DNA from: Nibricoccus sp.
GTDB lineage: Bacteria > Verrucomicrobiota > Verrucomicrobiia > Opitutales > Opitutaceae
NCBI GenBank assembly: GCA_047602425.1
Contig: JASGHG010000001.1
Location: forward strand, 3,680,001 to 3,744,000
Direction: 5' to 3'
DNA length: 64,000 nucleotides
Shown here: positions 40,133 to 49,748 of the stretch, piece after piece
Layout of the letters: every line of letters starts with the position of its first letter
How positions within the stretch are numbered: position 1 is the first letter of the stretch
Notes under the pieces: model-generated
The model's database searches: none
What the model saw: only the letters and a program-made list of their open reading frames with translations
What the model was told of the DNA's origin: nothing
Position numbers and translations under genes: made by a program

Positions 40133-40876
40133 TTACTCTCTCAGGGAATACCCGAGGCCACGGTGGGTTTGGATGGGATCGGCGGTGTTGTCGATGGCGC
40201 GCAGTTTGGCGCGGAGCATTTTGATGTGGGCGTCGACAGTGCGATCGAGACTGGCGGCAGGTTCTTCCCATGCTGCGGTCATGAGCTGGTCGCGCGAGAA
40301 GACGCGCCCGGGATGGGCGAGCAAGGCCTTGAGCAGACGGAATTCGTAGCGGGTGAGGTCGAGCGGCTGGCCGCGATAGGCAATCTGGCAGCGGATTTCG
40401 TCGAGGGAGAAAGAGGACGTTTCGGGTTTGTGATTGGGAGTTTGGGTAGGAGAGAAAGGAGACGCGGACTGAGTGGCGACTGGCGTCAGAGCCGGTGGTG
40501 TTTTGCCATGACCGTTGGTTCGGCGAAGGATGGCTTTGACGCGGGCGGTGAGTTCGCGGGGACTGAAGGGTTTAACGAGATAGTCGTCACCGCCAATTTC
40601 GAGTCCCACGACGCGGTCGATCTCGGCGGCGCGAGCGGTGAGAAAGATAATCGGCACCTCGGAACGGGTGCGGATGCTTTTGCAGAATTCGAAACCCGAC
40701 CCGTCAGGCAGGCCGATATCGAGCACGACGAGGGCGAACGATTGGTTGGAGAGGGCAGCCAGTCCGGCCTGGCCGGTGGCGCACCAATGCGGGTCGAAAC
40801 CCTCGGTTTTCAGAGCATAGATGAGCGTGTCGGCAATGGCGGGCTCGTCTTCGATGATAAGAATTTTTTGGGGCAC
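40133..40876 (-). CDS. creB: OmpR-family response regulator CreB
   Basis: IEDEPAIADTL, LDIGLPD, DRTVDAHIK and THRGLGY; upstream of creC. Confidence 0.9.
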   Translation of the reverse strand: MPQKILIIEDEPAIADTLIYALKTEGFDPHWCATGQAGLAALSNQSFALVVLDIGLPDGSGFEFCKSIRTRSEVPIIFLTARAAEIDRVVGLEIGGDDYLVKPFSPRELTARVKAILRRTNGHGKTPPALTPVATQSASPFSPTQTPNHKPETSSFSLDEIRCQIAYRGQPLDLTRYEFRLLKALLAHPGRVFSRDQLMTAAWEEPAASLDRTVDAHIKMLRAKLRAIDNTADPIQTHRGLGYSLRE

Positions 40877-41135
40877 GCGGAAAAGTCGTACTCAAAGTGG
40901 TGGAGTGGTAGCGGAAGCAGGTCAATGCGGTGAGCAGTCCGACCTGCAAGTTGCGAGGCCGGTCTCGGGCGATGGCACGTTGATTCAATGGGCGGGAAGA
41001 GAGCGCGCAGCCGAAGATTTTAGAAAAAATTTACAACGCCAACTCTCCCGTCGTTTGGAGGAGAGGAAGAACCCCTAGACGCAGGCTTGGCACTTTAGAT
41101 TTGTGCGAAAAGAGCCGATAAAACCGGATACATCT

Positions 41136-41993
41136 ATGACTGGCACCACCACGGACACTGCGATTAAAGAACGAGTACTGCGTCTGGCGCGGAAACTGCC
41201 GACATCGCCCCATATTTTTGGGCGCTTGGGCATGTTATTGGGCAATATGGACGCTGACGTCGAAGACATTGTGAAACTGGCTTCGGTTGACGCCGGTCTG
41301 ACGGCTCGGGTGATCCGCATGAGCAACAGCGTATTTTTCCGTGGCGACACGGCGGTTAGCACCCTCGGCGAGGCGATTGGCCGCGTGGGTTTTCGCGAAG
41401 TGCACAAGATCGTTGGTGTGGCCATGACCGATCAGGTGTTCCAAAGCGGTTTGCCGGTTTATAACCTCACGGCGGCCCAAATGTGGGAAAACTCCGTGGT
41501 GACAGCGCTCGCGATGACCAAGCTCGCTGCGGCTTCAGCCGAAGACGAGGGCATGGCTTATACGGTGGGTCTGTTGCGCCCGGTGGGAAAATTGATTCTC
41601 GATACTTTGCTTCAGATCGAACAGCCCGGGGTGCAATGTCCGGAAACGGCAAACTTCGATCTGCCCTCGTGGGAACGCGCTTGGGCTGGCATTACCAGCA
41701 ACGACGTTGGCGCCATGATCCTTGAGGAATGGCGCATGCCCGAGAGCATGCACCACGCGGTGCGCGGACACTACAAACCCGATGATGCGGCGGGCCGCAT
41801 GGGTGCGCTTTTGCACCTCGCGTGCTGGGTCACTCGTGAGATGGGCAAAGGTTTCAATGCTGAAAACAAGCAGTGGGACGTGAGCGAAGACGTGCTGGTC
41901 CGCGCCGGAATCGCGGCTGAGGCCGTGCAGAATTGCGTGCCTGAAACGCAGGAAGCTCTCGAGGAACTGAAGACCCAACTGAAAGCCGGCTGA
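41136..41993 (+). CDS. HDOD domain protein (paralog 1)
   Basis: LPTSP, DAGLTARVIRMSNS, AIGRVGF, GLLRPVGKL and W..P...AVRGH. Confidence 0.88.
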   Translation: MTGTTTDTAIKERVLRLARKLPTSPHIFGRLGMLLGNMDADVEDIVKLASVDAGLTARVIRMSNSVFFRGDTAVSTLGEAIGRVGFREVHKIVGVAMTDQVFQSGLPVYNLTAAQMWENSVVTALAMTKLAAASAEDEGMAYTVGLLRPVGKLILDTLLQIEQPGVQCPETANFDLPSWERAWAGITSNDVGAMILEEWRMPESMHHAVRGHYKPDDAAGRMGALLHLACWVTREMGKGFNAENKQWDVSEDVLVRAGIAAEAVQNCVPETQEALEELKTQLKAG

Positions 41994-42134
41994 GTCTGTG
42001 GTTGGACCAACTTGTAGCGGTTTGGATGGTTATATCCTCCGCTTTATATAGTGCTGCCTGGCTGCCGCCGGACACTTCGTTAAAATTCGAATTTTAGCCT
42101 GTCCGCCGTAGGCCGATTTACCTAGTTATCTCCT

Positions 42135-42986
42135 ATGATGACTGCCCAAACCGCCCTCAGGGAACACATCCTGCGGCTGGCTCAAAAATTACCCACGTCC
42201 CCGCAGATTTTTGCGAAATTGTGCGTATTGCTGGACGACCTCAATTCCGATCCGGGTCGAGTGGTTGAACTCGTGGGCGTGGATACAGGACTGACTGCGC
42301 GCGTGCTGCGCCTCAGTAACAGTGTGTTTTTTCGCGGCAGCTTGTCGGTCGAATCGCTCAACGAAGCGATCAACCGCGTTGGTTTTCGCGAAGTTCATAA
42401 AATCGTCGGCATCGCGATGACGGAGCAGGCGTTCAAGGAAGGCCTGCCGGCTTATCATCTGGGCGCGAAGGAAATTTTTGAAAACTCCGTGGTCACCGCG
42501 CTCGCGATGGAACGCATCGCTGGCCAAGCCGGCGAAGACGAGCACGAGGCTTACACGGTCGGATTGCTCCGCCAGATTGGGAAACTTGTCCTCGGACGCA
42601 TTCTCGCGAAGGAGCGTCCCGGCACCACCAGCCCGATGGTCGGCGATATCGCCGCGTGGGAGCGGGCGGAGTTCAACACCACCAGTCACGAAACAACCGC
42701 TATCGTGCTTGAAGCGTGGAAACTTCCGCCAGCCGTCTGCAACGGCATCCGCCATCACCACAAGCCCGAGGCCCACGAAAAGGACGGCCCGCTTGGCGCG
42801 ATCATGCATCTGGGTTGTTGGGTAGCCGAACAACTCGGCAGAGGTTTGCCGTCCGAAGGCGCGATTTGGGAACCGACACCCGAACGACTGAAGCGTGCCG
42901 GAGTGAGCGAGAATTTTATCCGGGACTGCGTGGAGCAAACCGAGGTGGCGTTCGACAATTTGCGCCAACAACTCGGCATCGCCTGA
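42135..42986 (+). CDS. HDOD domain protein (paralog 2)
   Basis: LPTSP, DTGLTARVLRLSNS, AINRVGF, GLLRQIGKL and WKLP...IRHHH. Confidence 0.88.
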   Translation: MMTAQTALREHILRLAQKLPTSPQIFAKLCVLLDDLNSDPGRVVELVGVDTGLTARVLRLSNSVFFRGSLSVESLNEAINRVGFREVHKIVGIAMTEQAFKEGLPAYHLGAKEIFENSVVTALAMERIAGQAGEDEHEAYTVGLLRQIGKLVLGRILAKERPGTTSPMVGDIAAWERAEFNTTSHETTAIVLEAWKLPPAVCNGIRHHHKPEAHEKDGPLGAIMHLGCWVAEQLGRGLPSEGAIWEPTPERLKRAGVSENFIRDCVEQTEVAFDNLRQQLGIA

Positions 42987-43211
42987 GTCTCTACGGGACA
43001 AAATCCGACACCGCGCGCACTGCGAATGCAGCTTCGGCTTTGGAGCTGGCCATTAGATTTCCGACACGCACGATGAGTTGCCGGAATTTCACACGGGATG
43101 GATGGATAGAGATTTCCCTCAGTCAATTTCTGCGTGAAATTTGCCACGTAATACGCAGCTCCGTAGCACGCGTTAAGGTTTACTAAATAATCCCCTTAAA
43201 ACCAACCTCGC

Positions 43212-45029
43212 ATGAATAATAGGAATCCCGCAACTCCGCTTAGTACCAACCCCAAACTGCTGAAGTGGGTCGAAGAAATCGCCCAGCTCACCAAACCGGC
43301 TGCTATTCACTGGGTCGACGGATCCCAGGAGGAAAATGACGCCTTGTCCGACCTGCTCGTGAAGGCCGGCACTTACATCAAGCTCAACGAAAAACTCTGG
43401 CCTGGCTGCTACTACGCCAAGTCCGATCCGGGTGACGTCGCCCGCGTCGAAGAGCGCACCTACATTTGCTCGAAGAACAAAGACGACGCTGGTCCGACGA
43501 ACAACTGGGCCGATCCTGTCGAAATGAAAGCCAAGCTCAAGGAGCTTTGCGCTGGTTCGATGGCCGGCCGCACGATGTACGTCCTCGCTTACTCGATGGG
43601 CCCGATTGGCAGCCCGATCAGCCAGATCGGCGTCGAGCTGACCGACTCCGCCTATGTGGTCACCAACATGCGCATCATGGCCCGCATCGGTTCGGCCGTA
43701 CTAAAAGAAATCGACAAAGGCGCGTTCTTCGTTCCCTGCGTGCACACCGTTGGCGCTCCGCTGGCTCCCGGCCAGAAGGACGTCACCTGGCCCTGCAACA
43801 AGGAAAAATACATCACCCATTTCCCCGAAACCCGCGAAATTTGGTCCTTTGGATCTGGTTACGGTGGCAATGCCCTCCTCGGCAAAAAGTGCTACGCGCT
43901 GCGCATCGCTTCGACGATGGCCCGCGACGAGGGTTGGATGGCCGAGCACATGCTCATCCTCGGTGTTGAAAATCCGAAGGGCGAGAAGACCTATGTCGCC
44001 GCCGCTTTCCCGTCCGCTTGCGGCAAGACCAACTTTGCCATGCTCATCCCGCCCGCCAGCTTCAACGGCTGGAAGGTTTGGACCGTCGGCGACGACATTG
44101 CCTGGATCAAGCCCGGCAAAGACGGCCGTCTCTACGCGATCAATCCGGAAGCCGGTTTCTTCGGCGTGGCTCCCGGCACTTCCGACAGGACCAATCCGAA
44201 CGCGATGAAGTCGCTCGCGAAGAACACCATCTTCACGAACGTCGGCCTCACTCCCGAAGGTGGCGTCTGGTGGGAAGACATGACCCCCACGCCTCCGGCC
44301 AAATTGACCGACTGGCAGGGCAAGGAATGGACGCCTGAAATCGCGAAAGCGACCGGCGCGAAAGCCGCTCACCCGAATGCCCGCTTCACCGCTCCGGCTT
44401 CGCAGTGCCCGACGATCGACCCGGCTTGGGAAAATCCCGAAGGCGTGCCGATCAGCGCTTTCATCTTCGGTGGCCGCCGCGCCACCACGATGCCGCTCGT
44501 ATTCCAGTCCTTCAACTGGGCGCATGGCGTTTACCTCGGCGCCACGATGGGTTCCGAAATGACCGCTGCTGCCGCCGGCACCGTTGGCCAGGTACGCCGC
44601 GACCCGATGGCGATGCTGCCCTTCTGCGGTTACAACGTTTCTGACTACTTCGCCCACTGGCTGAAGATGCAGAAGAAGGTCAAATTCCTCCCGGCCATTT
44701 TCCATGTGAACTGGTTCCGCAAGAGTGCCGAAGGCAAGTTCCTCTGGCCGGGCTACAGCGACAACATGCGCGTGCTGAAGTGGATCGTCGACCGCGTCAA
44801 CGGCAAGACCGCCGCCGTCGAGACTGCCATCGGCCTCATCCCGAAGTACGAAGACATGGAATGGACCGGCTTGAACTTCTCCAAGGATGACTTCGAGAAG
44901 GTCATGTCCTTCGACAAAGAAGCTTGGACCACGGAAGTCGTCAGCCAGGAAGAATTCTTCTTCAAGCTGCGCGACCGCCTGCCCAAGCAGTTGATCAACG
45001 AGCGCCAGCAACTCATTGCCCGCCTGTAA
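43212..45029 (+). CDS. pckG: GTP-dependent phosphoenolpyruvate carboxykinase
   Basis: [36 protein letters not shown] and [13 protein letters not shown]. Confidence 0.97.
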   Translation: MNNRNPATPLSTNPKLLKWVEEIAQLTKPAAIHWVDGSQEENDALSDLLVKAGTYIKLNEKLWPGCYYAKSDPGDVARVEERTYICSKNKDDAGPTNNWADPVEMKAKLKELCAGSMAGRTMYVLAYSMGPIGSPISQIGVELTDSAYVVTNMRIMARIGSAVLKEIDKGAFFVPCVHTVGAPLAPGQKDVTWPCNKEKYITHFPETREIWSFGSGYGGNALLGKKCYALRIASTMARDEGWMAEHMLILGVENPKGEKTYVAAAFPSACGKTNFAMLIPPASFNGWKVWTVGDDIAWIKPGKDGRLYAINPEAGFFGVAPGTSDRTNPNAMKSLAKNTIFTNVGLTPEGGVWWEDMTPTPPAKLTDWQGKEWTPEIAKATGAKAAHPNARFTAPASQCPTIDPAWENPEGVPISAFIFGGRRATTMPLVFQSFNWAHGVYLGATMGSEMTAAAAGTVGQVRRDPMAMLPFCGYNVSDYFAHWLKMQKKVKFLPAIFHVNWFRKSAEGKFLWPGYSDNMRVLKWIVDRVNGKTAAVETAIGLIPKYEDMEWTGLNFSKDDFEKVMSFDKEAWTTEVVSQEEFFFKLRDRLPKQLINERQQLIARL

Positions 45030-45057
45030 GCTCTGTCGATTGGTTCGTTATTTTACC

Positions 45058-45090
45058 AGCGCTCCGGCAAAACGCCGGGGCGCTTTTTTT
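45058..45090 (+). terminator. Intrinsic terminator
   Basis: AGCGCTCCGGC / GCCGGGGCGCT stem followed by a T-run. Confidence 0.85.
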
Positions 45091-45091
45091 A

Positions 45092-45466
45092 TTATTTGGA
45101 ATCCGTGCCGCCGCTTTTGCCGGGATCAAACGTCTTCACATAGTTCGCCAGCAGTCGGCGGTCGGCTTCGGAAAGTTTTTCGCCGAAGGCCGGCATGCGC
45201 TCGTTGCCTCGTGCGTCCGGTTTACCATTGGTGATGGAATCAAAAACCCGCTCGGGTGTGAGTCGTGCCTGAAGGGTGGCCGACGTAAGGTCGACGATCT
45301 TCAGTTTTCGCCCCATTTTGGTGTGCCCCCGACCATCTTCACCGTGACAGCGAACGCAGTTCTCCACGAAGAGCTCGGCGCCTGCACCGGCCGCCGAGGC
45401 AGGCAATGCGACGGATCCGATTAAAACTATTAGGAAGAGCGTGTGGATTGGAAGCAGGCGAGACAT
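45092..45466 (-). CDS. Periplasmic monoheme cytochrome c
   Basis: Signal peptide, CVRCH, MPAF distal Met. Confidence 0.9.
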   Translation of the reverse strand: MSRLLPIHTLFLIVLIGSVALPASAAGAGAELFVENCVRCHGEDGRGHTKMGRKLKIVDLTSATLQARLTPERVFDSITNGKPDARGNERMPAFGEKLSEADRRLLANYVKTFDPGKSGGTDSK

Positions 45467-45474
45467 GAGGAATT

Positions 45475-47562
45475 TCAGAGTTGGTATTGAATTTTCGCAT
45501 ACACGATGTGCGCATGGAAGTCGTTGCGACCGGCGAAGGTTTTGTCGCGGTTGCTTGCGTAGGTGTATTTCAACGTGAACCGAACGCGCTCGGAGGGCTT
45601 GACGGTGTAGGTGAGCGACGCGTTATCCGTCTTTTGCTGCGAACCATAGGGCTGCGAGGTGCCGGAGTTGTCGTTGAAGCCATTCGCGTGATAGAGCGAA
45701 TAATCGGCGTAGACGTCGCTGGTTTTGGTCAGCGCATAGCCGACGGAGAACGATGCGTTGAAGTAGTTGTTGTCCGAATTGAGCACGATCGAGGCTGCAG
45801 GCGTGGCGAGTTGATCGTACACCAGGCTGCCGGAGCCGGTGAAGAAAAGCCGTGGCACCGGCGACCAATTGACGCTCTGGCTGATGATGTGCCCGGTGTA
45901 ACGTCCGCTTTGCGTAGCGGGGATTCCGTCAAAGCGCGCGAACGAGCGGCCAAACTGGGCGTCATAGCGGGTGACGAGGCTAAGTGTTGCGTGGGCCCGC
46001 CACGAAGCGCGGAGATTGAAGTCGTGAAGATCGAAACGATGATTGCGCACGAAAGCCGGATATCGGTCGGCGGTGCCCGGGAGCGTGCTGTCAATTGGAG
46101 CTTTATAATAGTTATCCTGGACGCGGAAGAAATATTCCGAGGCAAATGTGAGCTTGGGGCGTGCGTACCAGTTGGCCGAAAGCGCATATTTTTCGAAATG
46201 GCGCGCGTAGTCCGTGCTGCGCTGGATCGATGGAACACCCGTCGCTGTTGGATAAAGCATTTCATCCAAATCGCCGAGAGCGGAACGCCATTCGCCGCGC
46301 AGATTATAAGTCCAGGACGGGAGGCCAGTGTAGCGGACGTCGAGAGTACCGGTGAGCTGATCTTCCTGTTTTTCCGAAGTGGCACCGGTATCGATGGCAG
46401 AGGTGACCAAATTATTTTGGACATTGGTCGCAACGAAAGTCGAAAGCGTGTCCTGGTGAAGATGCTGGTAGCGGAGGTCGGCCCGGGTCGTCCAATTTTT
46501 AAACGGCACGTACACCGCATTCAGATTGCCGACGTACTGCTTCAGATGCGTGCTGCCATCCAATCCGAGATAACCGATATCGCCAGCTTGGCGACGCGCG
46601 AAAACCGGATCGTAGATCGCGTCGTTGGCGGCTCCGAAGATGCGATTGCCCTCAAGCGCGGTGTCGATTGACGAGTACAAACCTCCAGCGGAAACGCGGA
46701 AGTTTTGGTTGAATTCATGCTCGACGATGGCGTGGCTGCTAAACAAGTCGGAATCGACAACTTCTCGGGTGGTGGAGACACGTTCCGCTGCAGCTTCGCC
46801 GGGGCGGCGGGCACTGTAGCGACGATTGTCCTGCTCGCTGCGCTCGTAGCGGGCGGCGATTTCCCAACGCTGTGGACCGACGCTTCGGCTGATTTCGGCG
46901 ACAAGGATCTGCCGGATCTCGTCCATGCTCAAACTTGCGGGTACAATCGCTTTCGAGCCGGCACCGCCCGTGAGATTGGTTTCGCCCAACTCGGTGCTGG
47001 ATTTGGTCCCGCGTCGCCCGTGGCGTTCGTAGCGGAGGAGAATTTTTGGACGATCTTCTTTGGCCAGCCCGATTTCGAGCCAAAGCTGGTCGCGCTTGGT
47101 CGCCAGACCCGGGTCGTAAAGATTGAAAAACGTACCGGTGGGAAGAAACGTACGGCCGGTGCCATTGTAGTAAGTCGTGTACTCGTTGTAACCGAAGTTC
47201 GAATACAGCCCGCTCGTGTGATTCCAGCGCCCGGCAAAGCGATAGTCGTCATCTCCTGGTAGGAGGTGGCCGTCGAGCGAAAGAGTGTAGCGATTGTTTT
47301 CCCGCGAGTAGCGAAAATCTTCGAGCCCGCCGGAAAAACCCGTGCGTCGGCGGAAAAGCTCCTGGAAGGCGGCTTTATTACCGGAAACGCTGGCTTGTGT
47401 CGCGGACACGGCGACGAGGCTATTCGTGTCGATGGAGTTGTCTGCGTCGGTAGCGGCCTGCGCAAGCGCTGACACCGAACCAATTGCAAGGAATAGCCTC
47501 AGAGTCCATCGGGACAGTGGCGTTTTGTGCGGGAAGGAGCCGAAGATGGGCATATTTTGCAT
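45475..47562 (-). CDS. Large outer-membrane beta-barrel, MtrB/PioB-like porin
   Basis: Signal peptide, 695 aa of amphipathic strands, C-terminal IQYQL; directly downstream of the multiheme cytochrome. Confidence 0.75.
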   Translation of the reverse strand: MQNMPIFGSFPHKTPLSRWTLRLFLAIGSVSALAQAATDADNSIDTNSLVAVSATQASVSGNKAAFQELFRRRTGFSGGLEDFRYSRENNRYTLSLDGHLLPGDDDYRFAGRWNHTSGLYSNFGYNEYTTYYNGTGRTFLPTGTFFNLYDPGLATKRDQLWLEIGLAKEDRPKILLRYERHGRRGTKSSTELGETNLTGGAGSKAIVPASLSMDEIRQILVAEISRSVGPQRWEIAARYERSEQDNRRYSARRPGEAAAERVSTTREVVDSDLFSSHAIVEHEFNQNFRVSAGGLYSSIDTALEGNRIFGAANDAIYDPVFARRQAGDIGYLGLDGSTHLKQYVGNLNAVYVPFKNWTTRADLRYQHLHQDTLSTFVATNVQNNLVTSAIDTGATSEKQEDQLTGTLDVRYTGLPSWTYNLRGEWRSALGDLDEMLYPTATGVPSIQRSTDYARHFEKYALSANWYARPKLTFASEYFFRVQDNYYKAPIDSTLPGTADRYPAFVRNHRFDLHDFNLRASWRAHATLSLVTRYDAQFGRSFARFDGIPATQSGRYTGHIISQSVNWSPVPRLFFTGSGSLVYDQLATPAASIVLNSDNNYFNASFSVGYALTKTSDVYADYSLYHANGFNDNSGTSQPYGSQQKTDNASLTYTVKPSERVRFTLKYTYASNRDKTFAGRNDFHAHIVYAKIQYQL

Positions 47563-47576
47563 GTTAGGCCTTTCTT

Positions 47577-48365
47577 CTAGTAGCGGAGGGTGGAGTTAGC
47601 CTGTGAGCCGTGAATGGCTTCGTGGCAGCCGGCGCTCCAGCAGGTACCGCGGGAAATAAGCGGGGCGTGATTTACGCCGCCGATGAGGATCTGACCGGGG
47701 CCGGTCTGTTGTTGAAAATGGCACTGTAGGCAGAGCGCCTGGTTTCGCGCCTTGAGCATCTTCTCGTTCACCGAACCATGTGGATTGTGGCATTGTACAC
47801 AGCCCTCGCGGACGGCCTCGTGTTCGAATACGAACGGCCCATGCTGGGCCCGGTGGCATTTCACGCAGGTATCGTTTGCGGAGGCGAGCTGCGTGCCCTT
47901 GCCGAGCACAGCGTCGCCCTTGTGCGGATTGTGGCAATCTCCGCACGACATTTTGCCGGCGAGGATTGGGTGGGCGTGCGGAAGTGCGGCCTCGGATTTT
48001 TTGTCGAGATGGCACTGAAAACAAGCCTCTGGCGATTGTTTCGGGTTTACGATGGTGCCGGCTCCGCCTCCGCTCTTCACGTGCAGGCTGGCCGGCCCAT
48101 GGCAGCTTTCGCAGCCGGTTTCGGCGACCTTGGTGGTTGAAGCATTTAGATTGGCATGGGTTGCATCGTGAAAAGTGCCTGTGATGTTTTGGTGGCACTG
48201 GGCGCATTCCTGGCTGCCCACGAAGACCGCTCCGGCAATCCGGGGTGGAGCAACCACGCTTCGATTCACCGAGGTGCAGGCGATAAGGACGACGAGGGCG
48301 TAGTAAAAACCAGCGGAAAGAAGTAAATGTCTCCAGCGGCGGCGTGCGGGCGAGGTATTTTGCAT
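47577..48365 (-). CDS. MtrA/DmsE-like multiheme cytochrome c (7 CxxCH plus 1 CxxxxCH)
   Basis: CAQCH, CESCH, CFQCH, CGDCH, CVKCH, CVQCH, CLQCH, CWSAGCH; GPFVFEH and IHGS motifs; possible lipobox LIAC. Confidence 0.88.
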   Translation of the reverse strand: MQNTSPARRRWRHLLLSAGFYYALVVLIACTSVNRSVVAPPRIAGAVFVGSQECAQCHQNITGTFHDATHANLNASTTKVAETGCESCHGPASLHVKSGGGAGTIVNPKQSPEACFQCHLDKKSEAALPHAHPILAGKMSCGDCHNPHKGDAVLGKGTQLASANDTCVKCHRAQHGPFVFEHEAVREGCVQCHNPHGSVNEKMLKARNQALCLQCHFQQQTGPGQILIGGVNHAPLISRGTCWSAGCHEAIHGSQANSTLRY

Positions 48366-48480
48366 GCTCTTCACGGATTGGTGGCTTGTTGCCACTGAGA
48401 GCAAAACCGTGTCTTGCGCGGGCGAAAGACGCTTTAAGTAACCGAACCGTTACCCTTGCACAAACACCGTGTGCGGCGCG

Positions 48481-49728
48481 TCAAAAACGCAGCGTCAACT
48501 GTCCCGCCAGCACGTGACCGAAGTCCCTCCCGCTGTCTTCCGTGCGAATGAGCGAAAACTGAGCCTTGGCCTGAAGATGGGCGTTGATGCGGAAGACCGG
48601 AGCAAATTCTAGCGACGAAACATCGCGCCCCCATCGAATTTTTTCATCCGGCGCGACATGGATCTTTCCGTACAATTGCTGTCCCAGGCGGACCCCGCAG
48701 AAAAAACGCGCGGTGACTTTGTATCGGGTTTCCAAATACCACGAAAAGACCTCGGCTGCGTCCTGGTGCGGAATTTCAAATCGCGCCGCGAACGCCTCTG
48801 CCCAGACCTGCCAGTGATGCCAGGCAAAACTCGCATCCGCTCCGGTCGTGATCTGGCGGTAGTCGCGCAATTGGGCGCCACTTGGAAGGTGGGACCTGCT
48901 GTCGGATTCGAGATAAGTGCCGGTGCTCGCGGAGACGCCCAGTTCCCAGCTTGCATTTGGTTTGTAACCAAGGCGCGTGGCCAGCGCGGGCGTTTCCCGC
49001 AGGCCATGGGTGGTATTCCAACGGTAAGGACTGGCGGACAGGGCGGCATTTTTTACCTCGGCGGCGACACTGAACGGTCCGGAGAGCCAGAAAAGCGCCG
49101 CCCCCGAACTATAAGATGGGCCCCAAATAATCGGCTGGCGAAAATGTTGATCAGACTGTTCGCGATTCGCGGCCGGACGTGGGCGAACATGTGACCAGCG
49201 CAGTAAGTAGGAGGGGGACAAAGCGGGTTCACTTTCCCAAATGCCCGTCAAGTGGGAATAGGGAAGCGGCGCCGTGATGAAGGAGTTTTCCCAGGCGTTG
49301 TAACGCCGGGGCCAGGCGCCGACGACGGTGGCGAATTTGCCCGCTTGGATTGCAAAATCGCCGAGGGAGGCGCGTACTGCGCAGGCGCCGATCCTGGCGC
49401 GCAGGCCTTGGTCGCTGCCGGGGTCGTAGCCATCGTCAACCCGAACTTCGGTAAAGAAGTAAATGTATTTCCAAAAACGGGCGTCGAGCCAGAGCTTCAG
49501 TCTTCCTGCGTCCAGCTTCGTGTCTTCGGTGTAGACCGTACTTTCATAGGGCAACGTCAGTGAATAAGCCTCGGCTTCGACCGTGCCGCTCACCCGAAAG
49601 ACGAGATTCTCATCCTCTGAAGAAAAACGCAGGGTATCGCTTGCGCGGTCCAGCTTGTCGTCGAAAGAAGCGAAAGCCGAACCTGCGCAAACCAACAAGC
49701 CGAGCAATGGGGTGAGCAGGGGTTTCAT
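48481..49728 (-). CDS. Putative outer-membrane beta-barrel/porin
   Basis: Signal peptide, QAGKF motif, C-terminal QLTLRF. Confidence 0.7.
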   Translation of the reverse strand: MKPLLTPLLGLLVCAGSAFASFDDKLDRASDTLRFSSEDENLVFRVSGTVEAEAYSLTLPYESTVYTEDTKLDAGRLKLWLDARFWKYIYFFTEVRVDDGYDPGSDQGLRARIGACAVRASLGDFAIQAGKFATVVGAWPRRYNAWENSFITAPLPYSHLTGIWESEPALSPSYLLRWSHVRPRPAANREQSDQHFRQPIIWGPSYSSGAALFWLSGPFSVAAEVKNAALSASPYRWNTTHGLRETPALATRLGYKPNASWELGVSASTGTYLESDSRSHLPSGAQLRDYRQITTGADASFAWHHWQVWAEAFAARFEIPHQDAAEVFSWYLETRYKVTARFFCGVRLGQQLYGKIHVAPDEKIRWGRDVSSLEFAPVFRINAHLQAKAQFSLIRTEDSGRDFGHVLAGQLTLRF

Positions 49729-49748
49729 TTTTATGCCGGCGTGGGATC

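Noticed and set aside
40970..41105. Sigma-54 promoters at TGGCAC (two occurrences)
   Set aside because: No GC at the required -12 position.
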